A DNA stretch of 64,000 bases from Macrostomum lignano. Its lineage: Eukaryota. A program made the translations under genes and the position numbers. The notes beneath the pieces were generated by a model. That model was not told the origin of the DNA. It worked only from the letters and a program-made list of their open reading frames with translations, and searched no databases. Positions within the stretch are counted from its first letter, which is position 1; every line of letters begins with the position of its first letter. Of this stretch, positions 11,221-22,805 are shown one piece after another. The stretch is from assembly GCA_002269645.1 (NCBI GenBank), contig NIVC01003709.1, positions 17,399-81,398 on the forward strand. Direction: 5' to 3'.

Positions 11221-14200
11221 TCAAAGCTCAGCCACCTCGACATCGTCATCTCCTGCATCAACTTCGTCGTCAGTGTCAGCGTCGGCCTCGGCCGCTCCGG
11301 TGCCAGCTGACGGCTGGCTGCCCTCGTCTATTGACTCCTCGCGGATGATGTCGCGCGGCGCCGGATGATGCTGATTGATGATGCCGCGCACTCTGGCCAG
11401 CTGCTCTTCGGTCAGCGAGTCTAGGGCTGCCTGCCATTCGGCCAGAGGCAGGTAAGCGTCGCACAGATCGGAGAAGTGCTTAGTATCTAAGGAATTTGAG
11501 CCGGAGTCCAGCGAGTTGTCCGCGCTGTCCGGACCGGAGGCGATGAGGAATGTGTGCTGCTGGGTGTCGCTGCCCTGCTGGCCGGGCAGCTGGCGGTAGT
11601 GAAAATCCCGGACTAAGAGAGTCATGTCATCGCGGATCACCTGGTTAAGTTGAGTAGGCCTAATTTATAGCTTGAGTAGGCCTAGTTGAGTAGGCCTAAC
11701 TGGCTGGGGTAGGGGTTGGCGGCATATCAAAGAACTGGCTGGGAGTGGGATTGGCGGCATATCAAAGAACTTGTTGGGGTAGGGGTTGGCGGCATATCAA
11801 AGAACTGGCTGGGGTAGGGGTTGGCGGCATATCAAAGAACTGGCTGGGAGTGGGATTGGCGGCATATCAAAGAACTTGTTGGGGTAGGGGTTGGCGGCAT
11901 ATCAAAGAACTGGCTGGGGTAGGGGTTGGCGGCATATCAAAGAACTGGCTGGGGTAGGGGTTGGCGGCATATCAAAGCACTGGCTGGGGTAGGGGTTGGC
12001 GGCATATCAAAGAACTGGCTGGGGTAGGGGTTTGCGGCATATCAAAGAACTTGTTGGGGTAGGGGTTGGCGGCACATTAAAGGACTGGCTGGGAGTGGGG
12101 TTGGCGGCATATCAAAGCACTGGCTGGGGTAGGGGTTGGCGGCATATCAAAGAACTGGCTGGGGTAGGGGTTGGCGGCATATCAAAGCACTGGCTGGGGT
12201 AGGGGTTGGCGGCATATCAAAGAACTGGCTGGGGTAGGGGTTTGCGGCATATCAAAGAACTGGCTGGGAGTGGGATTGGCGGCATTATATCAAAGAACTG
12301 GCTGGGGTAGGGGTTGGCGGCATATCAAAGAACTTGTTGGGGTAGGGGTTGGCGGCACATCAAAGGACTGGCTGGGAGTGGGGTTGGCGGCATATCAAAG
12401 CACTGGCTAAGAGTGAAGTGGGCGGCACATCAAAGGACTAGCTAAAGAAGAACCAGGCGATATCGCGAACTGACCTGCTGATCGCAGTCGCCAGCATAGA
12501 ACACGGCCTCCTTGTGCAGGCGGACTACATTGTCAACTACAGATTGGGATGCAGCCAGCAGGGAGTTGTCATTGTTGCGCAGTTCTTTAGCAACCAGGCT
12601 CACAATTTGGCCATTGTTGGTCCGATCGTCTTTGGCTGTGACCATCTCCAGCGTGTGAAATACGCCCCTGCGGATTGTTGAAATGCATTACTTATTGAGC
12701 GGGAAAATTGCGCGACACTTCGGGGACTGCAATATTGAGAATCGGAACTGCAATATTGAGAATCAGGACCGCCATATTGAGAATCGGGACCGCAATATTG
12801 AGAATCGGGACTGCAATATTGAGAATCGGGACCGCAATATTGAGAATCGGGACTGCAATATTGACAATCGGGACTGCAATATTGAGAATCGGGACTGCAA
12901 TATTGACAATCGGGACTGCAATATTGAGAATCGGGACCGCAATATTGAGAATCGGGACTGCAATATTGAGAATCGGGACTGCAATATTGACAATCGGGAC
13001 TGCAATATTGAGAATCGGGACCGCAATATTGAGAATCGGGACTGCAATATTGACAATCGGGACTGCAATATTGAGAATCGGGACTGCAATATTGACAATC
13101 GGGACTGCAATATTGAGAATCGGGACCGCAATATTGAGAATCGGGACTGCAATATTGAGGATCAGTGCTCCATCGGGGTCGAGAGTATTGCCAATGACTT
13201 GGCTCACTTAGTCATGAGCACCAGAAAGGCCCAGTCTTGCGGGCCCTCCACCGGGCCGGTGAGCGACACGAGCGGAGTGTCGGCGGGCTCCGGGGAGCCA
13301 AGCAAATAGTTGGCCGATGTCGGCGGCGCTGACGGCGTCAACAGTTGAAAACGGAGCGCCTGCCGACGCGGCTGCATCCGGCAGAGCAGCGCTCGACAAG
13401 AGCCGCCAACGCTGGCCACGTACAGCTTTTCAGAGTAGAGCAGCGCCATGGCTAGGGAGCACCGAGCGCCCAAGCCCTCTTTGAGGCTGTGCAGCTGGGC
13501 CAGGCTCTCCATCAGGTCGGCCTCGCTGCTAGATCGGGACTCTCGTAGCTGGCGAACCCGCTGCTGCGCGTCCTCGATGCGACGCTGGTTGTCAGTAACG
13601 ACATTTGTCCTGAGGAGGATTGAACGGTTTTGAACTAGCTAGTTAGTACAGGTTGTCATAGCAACGGGAATCGAACTCGGGACTGACTTAAAAAGAATCC
13701 CTTTATTTAACCATAAAGTAACTTCTCTGGAATATGGACAACTCTCATGAAAAACCAAGCGACTCCCGTGAACATCAAGCGACTCCCATGGAACCCAAGC
13801 GATCCCCATGGAACCCAAGCGGCTCCTATGAACCACAAGCGGCTCCCATGGAACCCAAGCGGCTCCCATGGAAACGAAGCGACTCCAATGGAACGAAAGC
13901 AAACTAAGATGGAACCTTCGTGAATCCTATGGAACCTAAACGACTCCCATGGAACCTAAACGACTCCCATGGAACCTAAACGACTCCCATGGAACCTAAA
14001 CGACTCCCATGGAACCTAAACGACTTCCATGGAACCTAAACGACTCCCATGGAACCCAAGCGACTCTCATGGAACCCAAGCGACTCTCATGGAACCCAAG
14101 TGACTTCCCATGGAACCCACGCAACTTCAACTACAAAGAAACTCCGGCCACCAACTTGAACATGTTGTCCACTCGTAGGATAGCATTTCGCATCACATCG

Positions 14201-14523
14201 GCCACAGTTTCGTCCGGCATTCCGGTAGACAATTCTAGCAGCACTTCGGCTGGCAGATGCTGACGAAAGAAACCGGCCAGAGCCTGGGATCCGTCGCCAG
14301 AGCCGTCAATCACAGCGTACAGATGGCAGGCCTGGTCTACTAGTTTATCAGAAGTGAAGGGGCCCAGCATGAAGTAGGCATTCTGGAAAGGGTGCACCTC
14401 GTGGGCCATCTCGCCGCCGGACTGCAGGGCTTGGTTGACTTGGGTGCCGGCGCCGCACTGGGTGCACTTGGACAGACTGTCCAATCCGCTGTGGGAGGCC
14501 GTCCTGCGGTGACCGTTGGGCAT
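11221..14523 (-). CDS. TAB1: TAB1-like PP2C-fold pseudophosphatase (TAK1-binding protein 1); exons 14523-14156, 13609-13208, 12667-12475, 11640-11221, ~460 aa
   Basis: Matches TAB1 motifs: LDSLSKC (WTDDLPLC), KLYVASVGGSCRALLC, FLVLMTKG, SVVDNVVRLHKE, DDMTLLVRDF, and C-terminal DAYLPLAEW (TAK1-binding-like). All three GT-AG junctions are phase-consistent. The start codon is uncertain. Confidence 0.82.
11700..12440. repeat. 35-bp minisatellite, 21 units, TAB1 intron 3
   Basis: Unit GGGGTAGGGGTTGGCGGCATATCAAAGAACTGGCT. Confidence 0.97.
12721..13160. repeat. 21-bp minisatellite, ~21 units, TAB1 intron 2
   Basis: Unit CGGGACTGCAATATTGAGAAT, with C/T and G/C variants. Confidence 0.97.
13755..14125. 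repeat. Degenerate 20-bp minisatellite, TAB1 intron 1
   Basis: Unit ATGGAACCTAAACGACTCCC / ATGGAACCCAAGCGGCTCCC. Confidence 0.92.
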
Positions 14524-14639
14524 CCCGCTTGAGGCACAAGCTGCTGGAGCGGTCAATGTTTGGCGGAACTATTGTGAGTTTCTGCGCTGACCAGAATAAC
14601 AATATGCCATCCACTATGACTGAAACGTGATTGGGACAG

Positions 14640-15748
14640 TGTGAAACAGATGAGTGAGGAGGAGTGACATAGATGAGTGAATGTGTGAGGGGAGTAGGAC
14701 ACAGATGAGTGAATGTGTGAGGGGAGCAGGACATAGATGAGTGAATGTGTGATGGGAGTAGGACACAGATGAGTGAATGTGTGAGGGGAGTAGGATATAG
14801 ATGAGTGAATGTGTGAGGGGAGTAGGACACAGATGAGTGAATGTGTGAGGGGAGCAGGACATAGATGAGTGAATGTGTGAGGGGAGTAGGACATAGATGA
14901 GTGAATGTGTGAGGGGAGCAGGACATAGATGAGTGAATGTGTGAGGGGAGCAGGACATAGATGAGTGAATGTGTGAGGGGAGCAGGACATAGATGAGTGA
15001 ATGTGTGAGGGGAGCAGGACATAGATGAGTGAATGTGTGAGGGGAGCAGGACATAGATGAGTGAATGTGTGAGGGGAGCAGGACATAGATGAGTGAATGT
15101 GTGAGGGGAGCAGGACATAGATGAGTGAATGTGTGAGGGGAGCAGGACATAGATGAGTGAATGTGTGAGGGGAGCAGGACATAGATGAGTGAATGTGTGA
15201 GGGGAGCAGGACATAGATGAGTGAATGTGTGAGGGGAGCAGGACATAGATGAGTGAATGTGTGAGGGGAGCAGGACATAGATGAGTGAATGTGTGAGGGG
15301 AGCAGGACATAGATGAGTGAATGTGTGAGGGGAGCAGGACATAGATGAGTGAATGTGTGAGGGGAGCAGGACATAGATGAGTGAATGTGTGAGGGGAGCA
15401 GGACATAGATGAGTGAATGTGTGAGGGGAGCAGGACACAGATGAGTGAATGTGTGAGGGAGCAGGACATAGATGAGTGAATGTGTGAGGGGAGCAGGACA
15501 TAGATGAGTGAATGTGTGAGGGGAGCAGGACACAGATGAGTGAATGTGTGAGGGGAGCAGGACATAGATGAGTGAATGTGTGAGGGGAGCAGAGTGAATG
15601 TGTGAGGGGAGCAGGACATAGATGAGTGAATGTGTGAGGGAGCAGGACATAGATGAGTGAATGTGTGAGGGGAGCAGGACATAGATGAGTGAATGTGTGA
15701 GGGGAGCAGGACATAGATGAGTGAATGTGTGAGGGGAGCAGGACACAG
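14640..15748. repeat. 32-bp minisatellite, ~34 units, upstream of TAB1
   Basis: Unit GAGGGGAGCAGGACATAGATGAGTGAATGTGT. Confidence 0.97.
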
Positions 15749-16259
15749 GCCTTAACTTAGCCATGAAAGAATAAACAAAGACAATGAAATTGATAACAGT
15801 AAAGAACAGGTCAAAGCTAAAATAAGCAGGAATATAATGTAAGAATACTAAAAGTAGTATATGCAGATCTCATCCATCACTAGTAAAATACAAATTCGGA
15901 AGTTGGTTTGGTATCTACTAAAATATCTTTAGTAGCAGACCAGCGTAGACAATATTGCGCTAAACAATATGTACCGTAGTAAAACTTAAAAAATTGATTT
16001 AAATAAGATCAACAAACTATCGAGTTAACGAGCGATTTAAAAAATTATATATTATAATACAGATTCGTGCTTTAATTCAGGTAAATCCGTGAAAATGTTG
16101 ATGTCCAAATTGACGAAATGTTTGTCAATACAGAAAAACTGATTAAAAATATCTATTGCAAAAAGTTTAAAACTGTTTAGTACACAATGTACTTTAATTG
16201 TACTGGTAGCTCGTAGTTAGTAATGCTTTCTATAATTTCTCTAAAATAGTTTATGAAAA

Positions 16260-16480
16260 CAAAGGGAATTGGAGCGAATTGCAGGCTCAAACAGCTAATG
16301 CAGGCGTTAATGTACATTTGGCCCCAGGTGAGAATGTACATCATGCCAGCTTTAGGCTGGGCAAGGTCAAGAGGATCAATAAACGAGTTCTTGTGCTAAA
16401 ATTTATCATCGAACTTTCTATCTACTGACTGAAAGTAGTTAGTAGTTATTCTAATTATAGTATCTGTGGACTGGATTGAG
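16260..16480. mobile_element. Degenerate fragment of the CACAGATACTAGAATAACT TIR family
   Basis: Colinear similarity to ~42180-42490 (AATGTACAT...GCAGCTTTAGGCTG, CTGAAAGTAG, TAGTTATTCTA...GTATCTGTGG). Confidence 0.55.
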
Positions 16481-16518
16481 TTAAAAGGTTCAAAAGGAAC
16501 TTTAAATTATGCAGTTAA

Positions 16519-18332
16519 TTAAACAGGCGGAGGGCCGAATAGCGAGTCGTAGGAAGGCGGCATCTGGGGCAGCTGGGCGCTGCCGTCTGGCTCCGAAAAA
16601 CTCGCCAACTCAGCAGTAGTAAACGCCGTTGCCGAAACCGCCGCTTCCAGCTCTTTGCGCTCGGCGGATCCCGGCCAAGCGAACCACCAACTGTGCACCT
16701 CCAGCGAATACGAGGTGCTGTCGTCCGAGTAGAACCGACCGGACACGTTGCCGGTGCAGGCGAGGCGCCAGCCATTGGTTGTAAACTCGCCCAACAGGTT
16801 TGTTAGCAGGATGCGCCAGTCCAGCTTGTTGCAGGCCTGACCGCGGAATTTCAACTCGTACGCGTGCTCTCTGGGATTGACGGGGTGGGGTGCAAGCCAG
16901 CGATTCAATACAAGGCCTCCGCTATCTGCGGCTCTTCACCCTCCACTGCCCCTATCTGCGGCTCTTCACCCTCCACTGCCCCTATCTGCGGCTCTTCACC
17001 CTCCACTGCCCCTATCTGCGGCTCTTTACCCTCCACTGCCGCTATCTGCGGCTCTTTACCCTCCACTGCCGCTATCTGCGGCTCTTTACCCTCCACTGCC
17101 CCTATCTGCGGTTCTTTACCCTCCACTGCCGCTACTGTGGCTCTTTACCCTCCACTGCCGCTATCTGCGGCTCTTAACCCTCCACTGCCGCTATCTGTGG
17201 CTCTTAACCCTCCACTGCCCCTATCTGCGGTTCTTTACCCTCCACTGCCGCTACTGTGGCTCTTTACCCTCCACTGCCGCTATCTGCGGCTCTTAACCTC
17301 CACTGCCGCTATCTGTGGCTCTTTACCCTCCACTGCCGCTATCTGCGGCTCTTCACCCTCCACTGCCGCTATCTGCGGCTCTTAACCCTCCACTGCCGCT
17401 ATCTGCGGCTCTTCACCCTCCACTGCCCCTATCTACGGCTCTTTACCCTCCACTGCCCCTATCTGCGGCTCTTAACCCTCCACTGCCGCTATCTGCGGCT
17501 CTTTACCCTCCACTGCCGCTATCTGCGGCTCTTAACCCTCCACTGCCGCTATCTGCGGCTCTTAACCCTCCACTGCCCCTATCTGCGGCTCTTCACCCTC
17601 CACTGCCCCTATCTACGGCTCTTTACCCTCCACTGCCCCTATCTGCGGCTCTTAACCCTCCACTGCCGCTATCTGCGGCTCTTTACCCTCCACTGCCGCT
17701 ATCTGCGGCTCTTCACCCTCCACTGCCGCTCTCTCCCGCTCTACTTAGTTTTCTAGAAAGTCAATTACATGCACTCTGGATTGATTGTTTACTCACCTAG
17801 CCTTCTGCGAAGCCACATTGCCGCAAGCGTTGGCCACAGCAATAGACGATTCTAGCAGGCCCTCTGGCACGTCGATGAAGCTCAGCCGATTGGACACACC
17901 GGTCCAGAAGCAGCAGTGCCGCACTGGCTCTGGCTCCGGCGCCGTCCTAGCAAACAGGAATGCACTTTTAATCACCGGATAGCGCCTATAAATGTCCAAC
18001 GAATGCAGCACCCGCCAGCCGCGAGTTCTCAATTCGCCTAGTAGGCGGCAAATCAATTGGCGGCAAAGATTCTTCGAGTTCTTATCGGTTGGTAGCCAGG
18101 GCGAGCCACCAAGCCGGATGTCCACCGCGCCATAGTAGTTGCCGTGGGACTGGACCCCGCGATGCCACAGGCGATTCAGGGCGTTGGCAAGCCAGGTAGA
18201 GTCCGAGTCGGGATCGCCACCCTCCATGCGTACGCTCTGCTTGTCGTGCAGAGAGATTAGCATCAGTTGCGCCTGCTGCAGGCTCAGTGCGCTCGGGTGA
18301 TCAGCTGGGAAGGGTAGGGGTGACTTAGTGTC

Positions 18333-18389
<57 letters not shown>

Positions 18390-21300
18390 GTCAGTCAGTC
18401 AGTCAGTCAGTCAGTCAGTCAGTCAGTCAGTCAGTCAGTCAGTCCCATCTGCCATCCCTCACAGAAAATATCATCGCAGCCGCCGTCTCTGTGGCAGAAG
18501 TACAGCGAGTCGCTGCTGTCTTTGATTCGCGCGCTGGTCAACAGCTGCCAGCCATTTCGCTGCATCAATTCCACCAGACGCAGCAGCAGTCGTCTAGCCG
18601 ACGCCCCATCGGCCTTCTGAGCGGTCCACGGGCAGCCGGACAGGCGCAGCTCGGAGCCGGCGCACTGGACGCCGGCCGGCCACATGCTGGCGACCAGCTC
18701 GGCCACCCGCTCGGTCAGACCAGGCGGGAAGCGCACGAAGCGGAGGCCGTTGCTCTGCGTCAGCATCAGACAGCAGCAATAGAAGTTTTGAGCGTCGGTG
18801 TCGGCGCCGACTAGGGGATCGGCGTCGGGCCGGCGCTGAAAAAACCAAGTAGCCACGTCGCGGACGTTAGTGACTATGGGTGCCGCGACCAGGGCCCAGC
18901 CAGCGCGCCAGGAGGCCAGCAGCAGGTCGCAGGCCAGCTCTCGTGCGGCGATGGCGTCGTTGCTAGGCGAGCCGCGGGCGAAGGGACTGTGCGACAGCTT
19001 TAGCGTCCAGGCCTGCATAGTGCATACGTAGTGAAGCTGCTGTTCATGTACTTTAGTGTCTAATTTGATCATCTGGGACTGTAACACCTATGCCTGAGGA
19101 TCTGGGACTGTAGCACCCATGCCTGAGGATCTGGGACTGTAGCACCCATGCCTGAGGATCTGGGACTGTAGCACCCATGCCTGAGGATCTGGGAGCACCC
19201 ATACCTGAGGATCTGGGACTGTAGCACCCATGCCTGAGGATCTGGGACTGTAGCACCTATGCCTGAGGATCTGGGACTGTAGCACCCATGCCTGAGGATC
19301 TGGGACTGTAGCACCCATGCCTGAGGATCTGGGACTGTAGCACCCATGCCTGAGGATCTGGGAGCACCCATACCTGAGGATCTGGGACTGTAGCACCCAT
19401 GCCTGAGGATCTGGGACTGTAGCACCCATGCCTGAGGATCTGGGAGCACCCATACCTGAGGATCTGGGACTGTAGCACCCATGCCTGAGGATCTGGGACT
19501 GTAGCACCCATGCCTAAGGATCTGGGACTGTAGCACCCATGCCTGAGGATCTGGGAGCACCCATACCTGAGGATCTGGGACTGTAGCACCCATGCCTGAG
19601 GATCTGGGAGCACCCATACCTGAGGATCTGGGACTGTAGCACTCATTCCTGAGGATCTGGGACTGTAGCACCCATGCCTGAGGATCTGGGACTGTAGCAC
19701 CCATGCCTGAGGATCTGGGACTGTAGCATTCATGCCTGAGGATCTGGGACTGTAGCACCCATGCCTGAGGATCTGGGACTGTAGCACCCATGCCTGAGGA
19801 TCTGGGAGCACCCATACCTGAGGATCTGGGACTGTAGCACCCATGCCTGAGGATCTGGGACTGTAACATCGTAGCACCTATGCCTGAGGATCTGGGACTG
19901 TAACATCGTAGCACCTACGAGGGGCATACTGAAAGTTTTGAGATACACCGAAACCAAAAATGTCTGAAGCAAAATTTTTGTCACAACTTTCAAAGTAGTT
20001 GCCACCCGCTTGTACGCATTTCCTCATCCGGTGAAACCACTGTGTCCAGGCTCCAGCCCACTGTTCTTCTGGCACTGCTGACACTACCCGCTCGAACTCG
20101 AATCTTGCTGCTTCAGGGCTCTCAAACCGAGTCCCACGCAGTTGGTTCTTCACCAAAGGGAAGAGAAAGAAGTCGCAGGGTGCCAGGTCAGGGGAATATG
20201 CGGGATGCGTCACCAACTGGACTCCATTTTCAGCCAGAAATGCCAATGTTGCAGCAGCTGTGTGCGCACTGGCATTGTCGTGGTGCAGCAGCAGACCACG
20301 AAGTCCGGTGCGCGGCCGGCGTCTGCGCCACGCATCGAGCACGAGTGGCAGGCACTGGTTGATATACCAGTCGGCATTGACTGTCCGCCTGTCTTGGAGC
20401 GCTACAGTCGCCAGGTGGCCAGCCTGGCTGAAGAAAGTCGCCACCATCTGCTTCCCGACGCTGCGGGCCCGCTTGACCTTCGTTGGGGTGGCATCGTCCG
20501 GAAGGAGCCAAACTGCCGACTGCTGCTTGGTTTCCGGGTCGTACTGGTAGACCCAGGTCTCATCGCCTGTGATGATCTCCCAGCATCGCTTCGAGGCCCC
20601 AGAATCGAATCTTTCGAGCATAAACTCGCACCAACGCACCCTCTCCGCTTTCTGGTCCTCCGTCAGGTTGTGGGGCACCCATCGGGCACACCGCTTGGAG
20701 GCTCCCAGCTTGTCGTGCAGGATGGTCGTAACCGCTGCCGATCCAATGCCGAGGGCGTCTCTGATCTCGGCACAGGTCACTCGCCGGTCCTCGTCAATCA
20801 TTCTCCGAAACGCAGCGATGTTTTCATCCGTGACTGCAGAAGCTGGACGTCCCGTCCGAGGCTCGTCATCAAGGCTGCTTCGGCCCCACTTACACTCGCT
20901 GTACCAACGAAAAACTGTGGCACGTGAAGGGGCTTGGTCTCCAAAGGCAGCACGTAAACTTTCAACGCACTGCTCCTGCGTGAGACCTTTTCGCTGGTCG
21001 TAAACTATCATGGCACGAAAGTCGCGGTTTGTCAACTCCATTGGAGCAAGTACAGTTTGGTAGGGGGTATTGATTTTGAAGAGTGATTGTGAAAAATTGA
21101 CAAAAGCGCGAAGGCTGAAAATTTATACCCAATCATCTTAAGGGTGGTAGAGTATGTACATAAAAATTTGTGCAGTTGTGACTTATGAGTCAACCATATC
21201 TCAAAACTTTCAGTACGCCCCTCGTATGCCTGAGGATCTGGGACTGTAGCAGCCACCTATAATAGGCGGATATTGGTAATCAACCTGATCTGGCTGCTGC

Positions 21301-21476
21301 TTCTTAGCCTTCACAGATGTCAGTCCCGGCGAGTAGCAGTTGAGCACCGTCTGCTCAGCAAGTCGCATCGGGCTATCACCGCAATTGCTGATCACTTGAA
21401 TACGGTCGGGCTTGCGAAATGTCAGATTAAATTTTTGCTGCTGCTGGTGTTGCGGATTGGGAAGGCTGACTGCCAT
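16519..21476 (-). CDS. Uncharacterised protein with four tandem ~110-aa repeats (L-x-G-x-PW ... LL ... GW-x-L) and a C-terminal PPSY; exons 21476-21285, 19012-18463, 18304-17797, 16921-16519, ~550 aa
   Basis: Four GC-rich ORF segments join through phase-consistent GT-AG sites. Repeated motifs: KLSHSPF/RAGWAL, RLSGCPW/RNGWQL, RLGGSPW/TRGWRV, KFRGQAC/TNGWRL. The exon 2 acceptor is the least certain junction. Confidence 0.78.
16921..17730. repeat. 30-bp minisatellite, ~27 units, last intron of the four-repeat gene
   Basis: Unit CCCTCCACTGCCGCTATCTGCGGCTCTTTA. Confidence 0.97.
18335..18443. repeat. Compound microsatellite (CAAT)n(CAGT)n, intronic
   Basis: Read directly from the sequence. Confidence 0.97.
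19071..19915. repeat. 29-bp (and 24-bp variant) minisatellite, intron 1 of the four-repeat gene; continues at 21225-21250 after the mariner
   Basis: Units CCTGAGGATCTGGGACTGTAGCACCCATG and CCTGAGGATCTGGGAGCACCCATA. Confidence 0.97.
19878..21041 (-). CDS. Mariner transposase (irritans-like), with an extended C-terminus as written
   Basis: HTH region, WVPHNL, TGDETW, HDNA, YSPDLAPCD; 34 residues lie between the 2nd and 3rd Asp. The expected end YFEKL* is missed because of one absent A at ~19988-19990. Confidence 0.95.
   Translation of the reverse strand: MELTNRDFRAMIVYDQRKGLTQEQCVESLRAAFGDQAPSRATVFRWYSECKWGRSSLDDEPRTGRPASAVTDENIAAFRRMIDEDRRVTCAEIRDALGIGSAAVTTILHDKLGASKRCARWVPHNLTEDQKAERVRWCEFMLERFDSGASKRCWEIITGDETWVYQYDPETKQQSAVWLLPDDATPTKVKRARSVGKQMVATFFSQAGHLATVALQDRRTVNADWYINQCLPLVLDAWRRRRPRTGLRGLLLHHDNASAHTAAATLAFLAENGVQLVTHPAYSPDLAPCDFFLFPLVKNQLRGTRFESPEAARFEFERVVSAVPEEQWAGAWTQWFHRMRKCVQAGGNYFESCDKNFASDIFGFGVSQNFQYAPRRCYDVTVPDPQA
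19918..21224 (-). mobile_element. Full-length mariner transposon (1307 bp, DD34D)
   Basis: 28-bp TIRs CGAGGGGC(A/G)TACTGAAAGTTTTGAGATA with 1 mismatch; TA TSD at 19916-17 and 21225-26; inserted in a repeat unit GCACC-TA-TGCC. Confidence 0.97.
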
Positions 21477-22805
21477 GCCTTCGTATTTTATTTCTATCTC
21501 GCTCCACTAATTGGAAACGTGGCAGCATGAAGGGAAAAACAGAATTAAGAGGTTAAGTTAACATTTACTAATGTTTCGGTGACTACTAATAGTAGGTGAA
21601 CCTGACTCTTGTACAAAACGAAACAGGAGAAAAATTGGCAACTTTTTATAGCATCAATAAAACCCGAGAACATGAACGAGAGCGCAATTCCGATCCCGAG
21701 CCAGGCATCAGTATGCCACTCTTGGGATTTCAATGCAACTACAGTACAGACAGGAGGATTAACAAATCCCTTTGTGCTCGCGAATAACTCCATCGACTGC
21801 ATCTATCTCAGGGGAGTAAAAAAAGAACCAGTTTTTTTACGATGATGAAAGCGTAAAGGAAAAAAAGAGAAAAAATCCGCAGAACAGATACCTGACTATT
21901 GCGCCAGCTCGCTAGCAAGCAAGTGGAAAGCAGGAAGAGACGCAAACAGAAGAACTGAAATCTCCGCTTAGCCTGAATAGCGGACTAGACTGGGCTTAAA
22001 CTAAGCAAGCAACTATTGAGCAGGCCAGCCTCTTCTCTCGGCTATCATCATTCTTTTCCCCAAAAGCGTCTCTATTCATTTCGCCTGCTCGAGTCTGCAG
22101 TTCTTACTGTTCCTAGCGTGCCGCGCGTCAGCCCGCACAGCTGTCAGACACGCAGCGATGGCGAAAGAAATGCATCGAAAAAGAGACAGATGGCTCAAGA
22201 TTGTTTTTGCTAAACCAACTGCTTGTTTGAAGCTCAACCTAAAGGCTACAGTACACATACATAGGGATAAAAGTGGGAAAACACAATCGGGACAGTCGTA
22301 GACTCGAGCGCTGTTTACATTACAAACGTCATGTGTATTTTGAGTAGATCTTTTGTTCAGATCAGATCACTAAATCACAGGGAAACTTTGGCCCAACTTA
22401 ACTCAAAAGAATAACAAAAAATGAAAACAATCAACACATTCCAAACAGATTAGCAAATACAGCTGTATTAGTACTACTAAATGAAAATTAGATGAGGAAG
22501 TGGACCAGTGCTGCAATGAAAGGCACGAAAGTATTTTTTTTCTTAGCGACAAATCTACTCGTAGTGGTACCAAGATGCTGTTACTTTGAATTGCAAGCTG
22601 AAGTTTACTTGCCTGTGTGGCGAAAAAGAAACAGATGGTGAGAAACTCAATTTTCATTCAATCAGAGAAATCATAAGACCTTTTTTGCTTTACTATCCGT
22701 ATTTTATACTAGTATCTATATAACGCTGTACAGTTCTGTAAGCTTGTAGTTTGTAATTACTAGCGCACATCAAAGCTGCTGTCTGACAATGTAATCAGCA
22801 CCGAG

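Noticed and set aside
12683-19914. Long repetitive ORFs in the track (12683-13309, 14348-15764, 16864-17800, 19069-19914)
   Set aside because: All are translations of non-coding tandem arrays lying in introns or upstream regions.
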